Positions 40,886 to 53,149 of a stretch of DNA of 64,000 bases are shown here, one piece after another. The stretch is taken from assembly GCA_964016885.1 (NCBI GenBank), contig OZ024741.1, positions 125,860,001 through 125,924,000 of the forward strand. The letters run 5' to 3'. The position numbers were made by a program, and so were the translations under genes. The notes beneath the pieces were generated by a model. It saw nothing but the letters and a program-made list of their open reading frames with translations, ran no database searches and had not been told where the DNA came from. The DNA comes from Eledone cirrhosa. Its lineage: Eukaryota. Numbering within the stretch: the stretch's first letter is position 1; each line of letters begins with the position of its first letter.

Positions 40886-41499
40886 TGATGTATACCGTGA
40901 AGATTAAGAGTCTATATTAAAAATGATAACGAAAAAATGTATATCGTTGTTGTTTCATATTTAAAATCAAAACAGAGGCATAGTGGTAAAGCATGTTTGT
41001 TATTTAATGATCTGTATTTGTTGTTAGAACTATAGTTTTTTCTCATGTGATCCTTGTTTTCATTTGTTTAACTTGTTGGTTTCAAAGAAGGTCAACTGTG
41101 TCTGAAGCTTAATTATTTTACATTTTTAATGTAAACTGAAAATAAAACGAATCAATTTGGAAAATGTCTGCAACAACAACGACGACTTCTTTCGTATAGG
41201 TTTCATTCTTCCAAAGTTTAAGAAAATTACATTCCCAAGAATATGGTCTATTTTTTTAAATGATCATTATTTATTTGTTTATTTATTTGATGAGTTTAAA
41301 CATCTGTATAGAGCTAGTAAACCATGACAGAGTATGGTAAATGTCTAGTACTTCTTACAGTTGAGAAACAAAAAGCCTGATAGAAAGAAATAAGTGAATA
41401 TAAAAATAAAAATAGAAAAAAAATGAAAAAAATGAAAATAGGAAAGACCGGGGGGGGGGGGGGGGTAAGAATAAATGAAAAGAAAAAAAAGAAAAAAAA

Positions 41500-42080
41500 A
41501 GAAAACAACAGCTTATTGAAAAGCGGCTGATACTTCAACAGCTTGCAGTCTTCAGCTTTTCGGGAAACGAAACCTGGGTCTGTTACTGAATGCACCAAGT
41601 TTCCATTGGAGAATGTGTTGCATTTGACCTTTGGCCATCCCAACGGTCCAACCCCACCGGATCGAGCTGAGAAAGGAATCCAGCGGCGTCCAAGCCATAC
41701 TTAATAATCTCGTTGAGAGCGGCATAGTATGGTAGGCGATCAGCACTATGTCAGCGGATGAAGACCAAAGCCTCTACCTTAGATCCACAGCAGCTTTTGT
41801 GTTACTCGCAGACCCGGGGGGGGGGGGGCGAGCATCAGGGAAACACCGATACAGAGTTGCTGTCCAGCTGAGTACCGGTTGATAGTGAAGCAAAGCGACA
41901 ACATGCCAAACACTGCTGATCAACAGGCGCACAAGCCTCTCCGAAACCTTGTCGCCATGTATTGAGTTCCATTTGCGTTGGGGAGACTGGGTATCCACAT
42001 AAAGGAAGGGAGATAGGGCGTTCGTAAAGCGAAGATCGAGCTTATTGCATAGTTAGTCTTCAGTTTTCTGATCACGGTAG
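41500..42080 (-). mobile_element. Second CRE-like 3' fragment
   Basis: Minus strand reads HAALNEIIKYGLDAAGFLSQLDPVGLDRWDG and RKAEDCKLLKY (RLE region). Confidence 0.7.
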
Positions 42081-42589
42081 CTTTAGAGTTATGTCCCATT
42101 ATGAATATCAAAAAGCTTTAAGAGTTATGTCCCTCGATGAATATGTTATGTATGTTGTCTTTGCAAATAACTAAATGTTTGTTGAAGGTATCTACTCCAT
42201 ATTTCGATGGAACCTCTCTACGTGTTTGTTCGACAAGCTAGAAAAGGCAATTAAATATTCCTCAAATTACACTTTACCACCTTAAAAAAGAGAAGACACA
42301 CATTAATCTTCACTCGACGACAAGATGTTCACAGCTTTCAATGGATTTGTCTTGCAAAAACTAAACAACTTTAGCTTTACCAGCCAGGGAGTCTCCATAT
42401 GTTAGCGCGGGTTTCTAAAACAAAAATTCCTCTCGGATTCGTCCATGTTTTAAAAATTACAAGAAGGAACACAGTGAATACTTAACACACACACACTTCT
42501 TTTGACCACCACACATCTGTTCGTTCGGGAGCTAAATAACCACAACAACGATATTTTAGATTGATTTCGTTGTTGTGGTTATTTCGTTG

Positions 42590-43435
42590 TTGATCCTTAC
42601 ACCCGTATGGACTGCGCTCATATCCATTTTGTTCACCAGGAAAAATATTATACTCCCTCCACAACACCATTCTCAAGAAATCTTCTTGTGAACGCGACTT
42701 GGGCATTATTGTCAACAATGATTTGCGTTAGAAAAAGTATATCTCTAAAATTGTTAAGAAGGCCGAGGGTGTCTTATCATCACTCAGTAAGACCTTTGTC
42801 ATCCGTTCTCCAGCTATATATTTAAAGCTGCATATAGCTATGTTACATCCACACTTAGAATTTGTATCACCTATCTTGCTCAGAATATTGATATCCTGGA
42901 AACTGTTCAGAAACGTGCAACCAAACGAATAATCTCCGCCTGGCATCGACCATACTCTGAACACCTTGCTTCTCTGAACATGGATACATTAAAGCTCTGA
43001 CATTTGGCAACTGACTTAGTAGACATTCACAAGATTATTAACCATCTTTCCAATAACAGACCTGGGCACCTTTTTGAATTCCATATGAATAACATACGTG
43101 GACATGCTTACAAAATCAGAAAACAGTAGAGCTGCCATGATATTCGGAAACATTTTTCATGCTCAGTTGCTGAAGCATGGAACAAACTATCTGCATTAGT
43201 TGTTAGCTGTCGGGCCACTGCACCCTTCAAAACGTCCATGCTTCCCGAAATTCGCCAACATTACATCCGATAGTCCTCCTCCATACACATGCACGCATAT
43301 GTGTGTGTATCATGGCTTATAGACTGTTAAATTTTCTGACCTTTGTACATTATTCTATGTACTATACATACACTTTTGATGAGTTGTAGTGCAGATGAGT
43401 ACTGTACTCAATAATTTTCATTATATTATATTATT
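42590..43435 (+). mobile_element. CR1-like LINE 3' fragment
   Basis: RDLGIIV, PHLEFVSP, LETVQKRATK, RGHAYKIRK, VAEAWNKL; (ATTAT)n tail. Confidence 0.8.
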
Positions 43436-44284
43436 ATGTTTCCTGCCGAGGTTAACTTTGCCTTTCATCCTTACGGGGTCGATAAAATAAAGTACCAGTA
43501 ATTCACTGGGTAATTGCTGGCCTTGTGCCAAAAGTAGAAATAATTATATTATATTATTATCTTATCATGATCATGACCATTATTATTGATATTGTTATAG
43601 CTACTGTTTATCTTTGTCGATTTCCCTTTCCTTTCACCTGTGTGTTGTTTTTCGTCTTCGTATCGTCCCCAGCATTGTGCGCCCTAGTGGCTAATAAAAG
43701 AAACCATTCGCCGAGGTTAACTTTGTTTTTCATCCTAATGGGGTCGATAAAATAAAGTAACAATAATACATTGGAGACGATTTAATCGATTTTCCCTTCC
43801 CCTTCAAATTGCTGGATATGTGCCAAATTTAGAAACAATTATTATTAGTGAGTATGCACCTGAGACGAGATACTTGTCTTAGCGGTCAAAGTGACCATTG
43901 CTTTTTGTCCTCCTATCGGAGAATTTTCTTGTTTGAATGTTTATATTTTTGTTGTTTTCTGTTACCATTCTTTTTAAACAAAAATAAACACATTGCATCG
44001 TCCTGTGTCATCTTTAGTGTTTTTTTTCTTCAAGGGGCTAATAAAGAAAAATAATTATTATTGCTGAAGGCAGTGGATTTGTAGTATCAGTAGAGCGACG
44101 GAAACAATATTTTGCCTCGTTATAATTTTCTACTTTTTGAGTTCCACTTTCCATAAAATTGCTGGCCTTGTGCCAATGTTAGAAACAATTATTATTATTA
44201 TTGATGTTGTTGTTGTCCTTTTATGAGCCACAACGGCCGATAAGATATTGAAGAATGGCAATTGGGATACGATTTCATGTTACC

Positions 44285-44388
44285 AAGACGGAAGCTAAAT
44301 CAGGGAGTGATCTGAAATCGCTACACCGGTTAAAATACGCATGCGTATGAAGTCATCTTTATTATTTCAACTTAAGATACGAGAGAAG
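44285..44388 (+). promoter_or_regulatory. Putative promoter / non-coding first exon of the CDK11-like gene
   Basis: Locally CpG-rich. ETS-like CGGAAG, perfect palindrome ATACGCATGCGTAT (44335-44348, NRF1-like), then donor AAG|GTAATT at 44388. The ATG exon at 49025 starts with an acceptor, so an upstream exon is required. Confidence 0.45.
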
Positions 44389-45747
44389 GTAATTATTTTA
44401 TAATTCTCCATTATTATGAATTTTATTTTATTACATACCAATTTTTTTAAATACCTTGATTACATTTTAAATGAAATTACTTTATTCTGCAATTTCTAGT
44501 TGTATCATTTCTGACAATATCTTGAATAAGTCTCTAGGATGTATATGTTTTATGTTTGTTATAAACGTAATGTACACACAGGGATATATAATAATGTAAA
44601 TTATTGTGTATGTGTGTGCGCTTATATATATATATATATATGCTTATGTGGTTTCTAGAAATGTTTATTTTTAGAGAACTATAGATACCCTGTATGTGTA
44701 TACGTTGGGATTCGCCAGCACGAGGAAAAAGTGCTCAGTACCAAAATTGATATATTAAATGTATTTTATATGTGTGTGTGTGTTCAAATATCAGTGTTGA
44801 TCTTTGCAATCAGCGAATAATAGTGCAATCACCCTGAAGCATTTCACAGCTTGTATGTCCAAATGAGTAAGAATTGGTATATGTATGGTATCCGACGGAG
44901 TATAGTTACTTTAAAAACGAAGATTTGGTTTCAACGAATGTGAATGTGAGTGTGTGTATATATATATTTAGTCACCATCACTGGACACGAACAGCTCAAA
45001 TTGCTTATATTTGTGCATGAACGGCCATCACCTAATGGTTGCCACTGTGTAGAGCTCCAGCTAAGGACTTCCTGTAATACCCTTTACATGTCGTTGTTGC
45101 CTTTGCTCTCTCGCCAGTAGGTTTTGTGTTAATGGTGGGATATCAAATAGAACTCGTAAAGTTGTTAAGCTACCCACACAAATGGATTATTTATAGTGGT
45201 GAAGGCTTGTGTTGGACCAGCCACACTTTTCGTAAATGTTGATAAAGGATTGTTGCAAAAGTTTGTCACAAACCCAGTAAACAACACACCTCAGGTATTG
45301 GATTGCTGTTAAATCTCAGGAGTTCCTCCGCCTTTTGGCGAGTTTTGTTGAGGTGCCAGAGGTATATCCCTGAAACGAAAGTTGACATTTATCATGCAGT
45401 GGTAATGACAACACTCTTATATGGCTCGGAGTCATGTAGACTTTATCACACCCACATTTACAGGCTTGATGTCTTCCATAAACTGAGGTACAATCTTAAA
45501 TCTGTGAATATACCTCTCCTTTTGAAGCCCTAGCTGCTGATCCTGGTAATTTTAGAGCTGTCTAACACAGATCTCATCCACCTTATACTGCCCCAAATCC
45601 TATCAATCCACTAAATGTGGCTTGATGTGTAGATCAGCAGCTGGATTGAAGTGACATTTAAGGCATAAACATAAAAAACTGAACTGAAAAAAACTTTTGA
45701 ACCCTCATATGTCATTGCATGACACATGAGAGTCCGTCATACGGATG

Positions 45748-45810
<63 letters not shown>

Positions 45811-46105
45811 ATGTATATACACACACACACACACACACATATCATCATCGTTTAACGTCCACTTTCTCTGCTAGCAAGGGTTAGATGGGTCCACAGAGAC
45901 CAAATCAGTACTGAAGCGGGGACTACTGATCTCCCAGACAAGCCAGGGATCTGTTGTCTCACTTATGTACAGTCACAGGTTCTACTGAGTGCATAGAGGA
46001 AGCTGTCTTATCTTTGATACAACTAAGGCTCCTCCTTACCCTTTCTTTGGCAAGCTTTCTACTGCTGGATGCCCTTCCTATCACCAATTTGTGTGTGTGT
46101 GTATA

Positions 46106-47408
46106 CAGGTTGAGGACGATATTTGTTCAAAAGATTTCTGTCTAGGAAAAAATAACACAGTAGTTATTTTAAGATATATTTATCAAACTTACTTCTGTTT
46201 GTCTTCATGACTTGTTCTTTCTATCTCACTCGATAAATCCGCCATTGGCTTTGATGACGGCCTCAAGGCGGCCTCGGAACTGGCTACAGGCCTTCGTCAC
46301 TGACCCCCGACTTAGGCCCCTAAAAGCACTTGTGATCCTGGCCTTCAGATCGTCTTTCGTATTGCAGCTAGATCTGTTGGTGTCTCGTTCCACTGCGCCC
46401 CACACAAAGAAGTCGAAGGGGTTGCAGTCAGGCGAGCTGGGAGGCCAGATGTCAGGTGAAGTGTGGTCGACGAAGTTCTCTGACAGCCAGGCTTGGGTCT
46501 TTCGGCTGGTATGGCAGGGCGCTGAGTCTTGCTGCCACACGTACAGCCTATCTGCAGCTACCTGGTCAATCCAGGGCTTTACTACCTCGCTCAGAACACG
46601 GATGTAGCCATCGGTGTTCAGCTTGAGGCCCTCAGGGAAGAAGTGAGGTGGCATGACGTCACCTTGACTGCTGACGACACCTAAGACCAATGTTGTCCTT
46701 GGAAACTTTGTCTGCATGACTCTGGGCACGTCTTTGGATAAGACAGTGAGCCACCTGTTGTTCTGGGTGTTGATCTTCTGGTCTTGGCAGAAGTTTTTCT
46801 CGTCAGAGAAAAACCATAGCATGTCTGACTCCAGCGGGTGTTTCAACTTGCTGATCAGCTTCTTTGCGTGCTTCAGTCGCTTTTCTTGCATCGCCTTTGA
46901 CAGAAATTGTCCTTTCCTCATCTTGTATGAAACGTAGCGAATGTCTTCATGTACCACCAGCCTAATGAGCTTTTCATCCACGCCTTTCTCCCTGGCAATG
47001 GCACGCATCGACTTGCTAGGTTCATTGTTGATGATATCCTGAACTTCAGCGACAAACTCGGGCGTTCTGACGCCGTCAGATCATTGATCATGTGTTTTCC
47101 TCTCTAATGTTGCTTCGTAGTCGAATTCTGAATCTTCCAATTCCTTTCTACCTTTTCCACCATTCTCCTGCTGACGCTGAGAAAGTCTGAAATTTCCTTA
47201 TTTGTCCTCCCGGCGCGGATTCCAAGAAGAACTCCGTGTCTCTTCCACAAATTTGGAGGTTCAAAATTATTCATAATCAATTATTCTGAAAATAAATAAT
47301 GGAAATATAGTCACTGTTTTTATGAAGACAAGAGTGACAACGGAAGTAAAAAAAAATGTGCATAAAATTAGCAGTTGAAAATTGCGAACAAATATCGTCC
47401 ACACCCTG
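46106..47408 (-). mobile_element. Tc1/mariner-superfamily DNA transposon, DD37D (maT) family, full length
   Basis: TIRs CAGG(G/T)TG(T/A)GGACGATATTTGTTC at both ends, flanked by TA; transposase inside. Confidence 0.92.
46226..47274 (-). pseudogene. DD37D transposase with one frameshift in the N-terminal part
   Basis: FSDEKNF / QQDSAPCH / SPDCNPFD with 37 residues between the 2nd and 3rd Asp. The ATG at 47274 is out of frame with the 46226-47008 ORF (266 nt apart). Confidence 0.85.
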
Positions 47409-47533
47409 TATATATATATACACACACACACATTATATATATGTGTGTGTATATATATATACATAAGTTTATCCCACGTTCAATCGAGGGTAACCACAGT
47501 AAGTAAGGTACTCAATACATAGCAGAGTATAAA

Positions 47534-47660
47534 TATTTAATATAGAAATGGCTTCTACAGGACTAGAACTATTTCATTCATGAGAAATCATCTGGCTTCC
47601 TGATGATTTCTCTTAAATGAAACAGCTCTAGTCCTGTAGAAGCCATTTCTATATTAAATA
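47534..47660. repeat. Inverted repeat, ~59-bp arms, 9-nt spacer
   Basis: TATTTAATATAGAAATGGCTTCTACAGGACTAG...CTAGTCCTGTAGAAGCCATTTCTATATTAAATA. Confidence 0.92.
47594..47644 (+). ncRNA. Type I hammerhead ribozyme, intact core
   Basis: GGCUUC-CUGAUGA-UUUCUCUUAAAU-GAAA-CAG(CUCUAGUC)CUG-UA-GAAGCC: 6-bp stem I, GUA site; stem II weak in this copy. Confidence 0.78.
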
Positions 47661-47949
47661 TATATATGTGTGAATACTTGCTAGTAGGGAAAGCAGACGT
47701 TGAAACAACAATGATGATGATGATGATGATATATATATAGACAACCCATCTAACCCATGTTAGCGCGGAAAAATGGACGTTAAACGGTGCTGAAGATGAT
47801 GAGAGTGACGTATGTGAAGTCATATAATATGTTTATATACACTAAACATAGGTAGCCTCACTGACAAAAACATTTGCAACAACACGGAAAAAATTATATT
47901 TTTCTGTTTTCTTCTATGAATATATCATGAGTTGCCAGTATATTCTGAG

Positions 47950-47998
47950 AGTATCACAATGCTGTTTCAAGATTTGTTAATCTTTCATCAGTGACACT
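47950..47998 (-). ncRNA. Type I hammerhead with damaged cleavage site
   Basis: Minus: GUGUCA-CUGAUGA-AAGAUU(AACA)AAUCUU-GAAA-CAGCAUUG-UGAUAC (UC missing relative to the 38.5 kb copy). Confidence 0.68.
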
Positions 47999-48231
47999 CA
48001 TTCAGAACATACTGGCATGGAAATGGACTAGAGTCAAAATCGTATATTGCATAAGGATCACCTGCTGGTGATAGCAAATAGAAAACATCAGCTGGATTGT
48101 CTTCTCTAAAGTTTGCAGAGTTCACGTCCACGCCATGTAGTTTTATTTATTTGGAGTGACTGCTCTCCTAGATGGGTTACCTGCTACCAATTTCTTAAAC
48201 TCATAGAACTTGCACAGATTTGATGTAGACC

Positions 48232-48475
48232 CCACGGTGGGCTGGGTGCTTTTTGTTGTGCCACCAACACAACCACTTTACACGTTGAGCTGGGTCTTTT
48301 CGTCGTGTCGCCAACACAACCACTTTACATGGTGGGCTGGGTGCATTTTGTTGTGTCGCCAACACAACCACTTTACACATTGGGCTGGGTTTTTTTGTTG
48401 TGTCACCAACACAGCCACTTTACACGGTGGACTGGGTGCTTTTTGTTGTGTCACCAACACAACTGCTTTACATGG
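48232..48475 (+). repeat. ~48-bp tandem repeat, 5 copies, related to the RTE 3'-UTR motif
   Basis: Unit GGGCTGGGTGCTTTTTGTTGTGTCACCAACACAACCACTTTACACGGT; similar arrays on the - strand near 51730-52030 and 53155-53240. Confidence 0.85.
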
Positions 48476-49029
48476 TATGCTTACAATTTTTGTGTACAAT
48501 GACCCAACAAAGCAGTTGACCAAATGCATTGCTGTAATATGTGGTTCGAAAATATAACAAAACTGTTAAAACACTTGAGAAACCTATTATAAAATGCAAC
48601 CTCGTAGGAGGCATGTTAAACTTGCATAAGTGTGAGCTGTAAATTTAATTATTTAATTGTCAAAATCGTTCATCACATTCTATTTATAACTCTTGTCTTC
48701 ATTCTTTCATTTTCAAAATTCATCATGATACATTCATCGTTATTATCATTTAACATTCGCTTCCCCTGCTAGCTAGGGTTAGTGGGTCTACATAGACCAA
48801 ATCAGAGCTACCTATCTCCCAGACAGGCTGAGAGTTCTGCATCCTGCTTACGTATAATCAGACATTCTGTCGAATGCACTGGAGAAGTTGTGTCTTTTGA
48901 CACAAACTGAAGGGTCTTTCAAACTCCCTTGTTTGGCAAGCTTTCTATGGCTGGATGTCCTTCATAACACCAACCACTTTGCAGCATGTACAGGGTGTTT
49001 TTATTGTTTGGAATTTCTTTTCAGTGAAA

Positions 49030-49208
49030 ATGTCTGGTACTGACCTTTCTCGAAGTCCTTATGAACAGGGAGAACTAGCTTCTAGTCCAGAAAGACATAT
49101 CATGGATCCAGATGATGAAGATGATGACGATGATGACAAACAGAGCCTAGTTTCTTTTTCAGTACATTCAAAAGAGGCCCTTGATGAAGATGACTATCTT
49201 AAAGACAA
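49030..49208 (+). CDS. CDK11: CDK11 (PITSLRE)-like kinase, first coding exon
   Basis: Acceptor tttcttttcag ends at 49024; MSGTDLSRSPYEQGELASSPE..DDEDDDDDD; donor gtaag, phase 2. Confidence 0.7.
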
Positions 49209-50390
49209 GTAAGTTTTTCTCTAAATACTACTCTGACTACGAGAGTTTCTATAGATAGATGCCTTTCCTATCATCAACCACTTTACAGGGTGCACTGAGT
49301 GCATATTTTGTGGTACCAGCACTAGAGAGATTGTGTTGTGACTGAAGGGTCCTCTCAACCCCGTTTGGCATGGTTTCTATTTGCTGAAAGCCCCTCAGAA
49401 CACCAGCTAACCAACAGAGTGTACTGAGTATGCCCCATCAATACTAGAGAGGACCCTTCCTGACTAAAGGGTCTCCTCAACTCATTTTGGCATTGTTTCT
49501 ATTGCTGAAAGCTCTTCCCTATACCACACACACCTCACAGAGTGCACTGGGTATGCCCCATCATTGCACCAGTTCTAGGGAGGTTGTCAGTCATTGACTT
49601 GATTGAAGAGCATACTCATCCTACATCAGCCAGTGGATCACAGGAAATTGAAATGTATAACCATAATCGGTTCTGTACGAGCAAGACATAGTCACCTGAC
49701 CTGGCATTGCTCACAATAGGATAACTTGTCTAACTCATGCGAGCTTGGAAAAATGGACGTTAAACAGAGATGATGATGATGAATTATGTTTGACATCAGG
49801 ATACTGAAACTCACACAAGAGATGGTGTAGGAAAGAGACAAGTGAAGAGAATCTATAAGGAGAGAACCTGTCTAACATATGCAAGCATGGGGGCATAGAA
49901 ATGGTGATGATGAAAAAGAGGTGTTGGTTTATCAGTTATTGGAAAATTAGTGATTTCAGCATCATTATATGTCAGCTTTGTATGCTGGCATTGGTTGGAC
50001 AGGCTTTCATGATCTAAGACCAGATGGATTGAAGAGATCCATTTTGCTCCTTACATTCCATATTCACATGGTTTCTACATTTGGGTGCCCTTTCTAATGC
50101 CATCAACTTTACAGCATGAACTGGGTGCATTTTTTGTGACACAAGCATCATTGCTTTATAGCATGTACTGTCTCCATTCTATTACCAAACACTGTAGCCT
50201 CTGGTCTCTAACCATGTATACTTTTAGTGTTGCAGTGATTGTACTGGCAGGTTAGTCTTTTGTATTATGGCTTATCACCAGTCAGCTTGGTCCTATGTTA
50301 TCTCTTTCAGAGGTGATTTTTCACAAATTTGTTTCATGTCTCCATTTTCCGCAGGTTCCATCCACTTCAAGAACTCAGCACTTTTTTATA

Positions 50391-50432
<42 letters not shown>

Positions 50433-50461
50433 GATCAAAAGATGGTTAAAAGAGTTCCAAG

Positions 50462-50532
50462 TATTTTATTATGCGCATTTCAGAAACAAATATCATCATG
50501 GGATAATATCTGCGTTCTCATCAGATAAAATA
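50462..50532 (-). ncRNA. Type I hammerhead ribozyme, intact core
   Basis: Minus: UAUUUUAU-CUGAUGA-~14-bp stem II (CCAU loop)-GAAA-UGCGCA-UA-AUAAAAUA: 8-bp stem I, palindromic stem III. Confidence 0.85.
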
Positions 50533-51410
50533 GGGGTACATGATATGAAGCTTAAAAAACACTTGTGAATAGTGAAGTTTTAACACACAATAAATTGAAT
50601 TCAGATGCATCACTGATTTTTCGTTTTATATTATATATATAGATATTTAAATTTAGCTTTTTTTCAGAAAGTGATTCATATATAAATTAACTTTTCATAT
50701 CCTGTAAGGATTTATCAGAAAACATCAAAAAATGGGGGCCAAATTGGCAGTCATTAGAACATCAGATAGAATGCTTTGCTGTATTTATTTTGGCTCTCTG
50801 CTCTCAAATTCTGTTATGGTCAATTTTGCCTTTCATCCATTTGAGGTCAATAAAAAAAAGTACCAGCAAGTACTGCTGTTGATTCTTCCCCTATATTTCT
50901 TTCTCACTTCCATTTTCTTACTCTATCCTTCCTTGGAAGAAATCTGCTGTCTTTACATCTGGAGAGGAGATGGGCTCCACCATTTTAAAATGTCCTAGAT
51001 ATACTGTATGTCATTACAGTACCTCTATGACACCCAGGAGTTATGAGATCAAGCCATGCATCTAAAAACAGGTTTATTAATTCTGATGTTTATAGTAACT
51101 TGACTAGCTGACAGATTGGTGCAAAAATTTGCAGTATTAGAGCAAAAACTTCAATTTTTTTTATTTGATGCAGTCACAGTGCTGTTTTATATTTTTCAAG
51201 AACAGCTTGCTAATGTGGTTTAATTCAAATATTTATTCTTTACTTGTAGACAGTTTGGGAAAATTTAGAATATTAAAATAAAGACTAATTTTTAATATGA
51301 TGTAGTCATAGAGCTGTTTTTTTTACTTTTCAAGAATGTCTTGTTAATATGGTTTCGTGCAGTACATGATGTTAAGAGTTAATATTTTTACTTTGTTTTT
51401 TTTTTTTTAG

Positions 51411-51553
51411 CAAAGATGATTATATGGATGACAGCGAGTCATTAGACATAAAGCCTCCACAGGCTCACGCTATGAAGAAAGATAAACATAAACACAAGCA
51501 CAAAGAAGAACGTTGGCGAGAACGAAACAGCAGGCATGAAAAAGACAGAGAAA
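51411..51553 (+). CDS. CDK11: CDK11-like, coding exon 2
   Basis: Poly-T acceptor. DDSESLDIKPPQAHAMKKDKHKHKHKEER resembles the CDK11 motif DDSLAIKPPQ..KEK.HH. Phases 2/1 are consistent; donor gtaag. Confidence 0.78.
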
Positions 51554-52751
51554 GTAAGTCTATTCTTATCTCTTTCTTTTTTTAAATTTTGATGTTTTCC
51601 TCACTACTCTGGTCATTCACTCAAAAGCTCATATTATATCTGAGGTTGACTATGGCCATGACTAAAGTATTGGTCAGTAATGAATGCCTCTAAATCACAA
51701 TAGTAATAGAAAAGTTCTAAATCAAACTCACTTGTGCTGGTGCCATGATAAAATGCACCCAGTACACTCTGTAAAATGGTAGTGCAGGCGCCATGATAAA
51801 ATACACCTAGTCCACTCTGTAAAGTAGTGATGGTCGAACAGATATAATGTAAATTGAGAGAACTTTTTACTCTTGTTGAAGCTATAATGACGTTTCTAAT
51901 GCTAGTGCCACAAATAAAATACACCAAGTGCACTCTGTAAAGTGGTAGTGATTAAATAAGATAAAGTAGTTCTGCTGAGGTGGTATTGGTGGTACAATAA
52001 AATACACCAAGTGCACTCCGAAATGTGGTTGGTGTTAAGAAAGACATCCATCCACATAAACTATTTCAAAAATGGATATATGAGTGAGATATGATTCTCC
52101 AACCTATCCAATCTCCAATACTGATAACCTCTCCAACTCGTGCCAGAATGGAAATTGTCATCGTCATCATCATCATTATGTAATGTCCGTTTTACCTGCT
52201 AGCAAGAGTTGGACAGGTCAGCACACACCAAGTCACTACTTAATCAGAGCCACTGATCTTTCAGATGGACTGGGTACGCTGGCACCAGTGATATGGAAGC
52301 TGTCATGTCTGAAGAGTCAGCCCTCTCTACCCTACCCTTTGATTTGCTTGTTAACTTTTTTATGTTGTCTGTCAATCTTTTTCTTTGAATTTCTTTCTCC
52401 CCCCCCCCCCCCCCCCCCCTCTAGAGTTGTTTGTAGAATAGATTGTATTTACAAGACCATACCATCTCAGCTTTCTTTTCTTCACTATTGTGATGTCTTC
52501 ATCAAGGTTAATGTGATATTGAATTGTTTTGTGGACCTGCTCGTTTATGATATGGTCTCTGTATGAGATACTTATGGTGTTGTTGTAGCATATTGTGCCA
52601 GCATGAGGAACAATTGGGCGTAAAAATGATACAGATAATGATAGCAACAATGAGGATGGCTTTATGTAAATACCTGGAAAAATGATTCCTAGCCATTTCT
52701 TCAGCTATGTTATTGTTGTGTAATAATTGTTTAATGGTTCTGTGTTTACAG

Positions 52752-52896
52752 GAGAGAGACTGCACATGCGATCTGCAGGTAAAGATAGACATGCTCATGA
52801 GATGCAACGACAACAAGACAAAGAGAAGGAACGTGACCGGCGTTTGAAAGACGAGGTACGGGAGGCACGCAAGAGAGAGGAATCAAGACGAGAAAG
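52752..52896 (+). CDS. CDK11: CDK11-like, coding exon 3 (RE-rich); gene continues beyond the window
   Basis: Acceptor tgtttacag; phases 1/2 consistent; RQQDKEKERDRRLKDEVREARKREESRRE; donor gtaac. The kinase domain is not in the window. Confidence 0.72.
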
Positions 52897-53110
52897 GTAA
52901 CAGCATATTTTTTTTTTAGTATTTATTTATTTAATCTTCTCTACTGCAGTTAAATTTGTGGTTAATCTACCATACCTATGTATACTTTGCAACTTAATAG
53001 GCAGGGTATCCAGATGAATTTCATAGAAAGTCACAGATTGCGTTAGAAAGCACAGCAAAATATGAATATTTTTGTACCATTCAAATGTAATAAAGACATA
53101 CACACACATA

Positions 53111-53149
<39 letters not shown>

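Noticed and set aside
41517-41566. Minus-strand GAAAAG-CUGAAGA...CUUUUC hammerhead-like string
   Set aside because: Has GAAG instead of GAAA, no NUH site, and is explained as CRE coding sequence (RKAEDCKLLKY).
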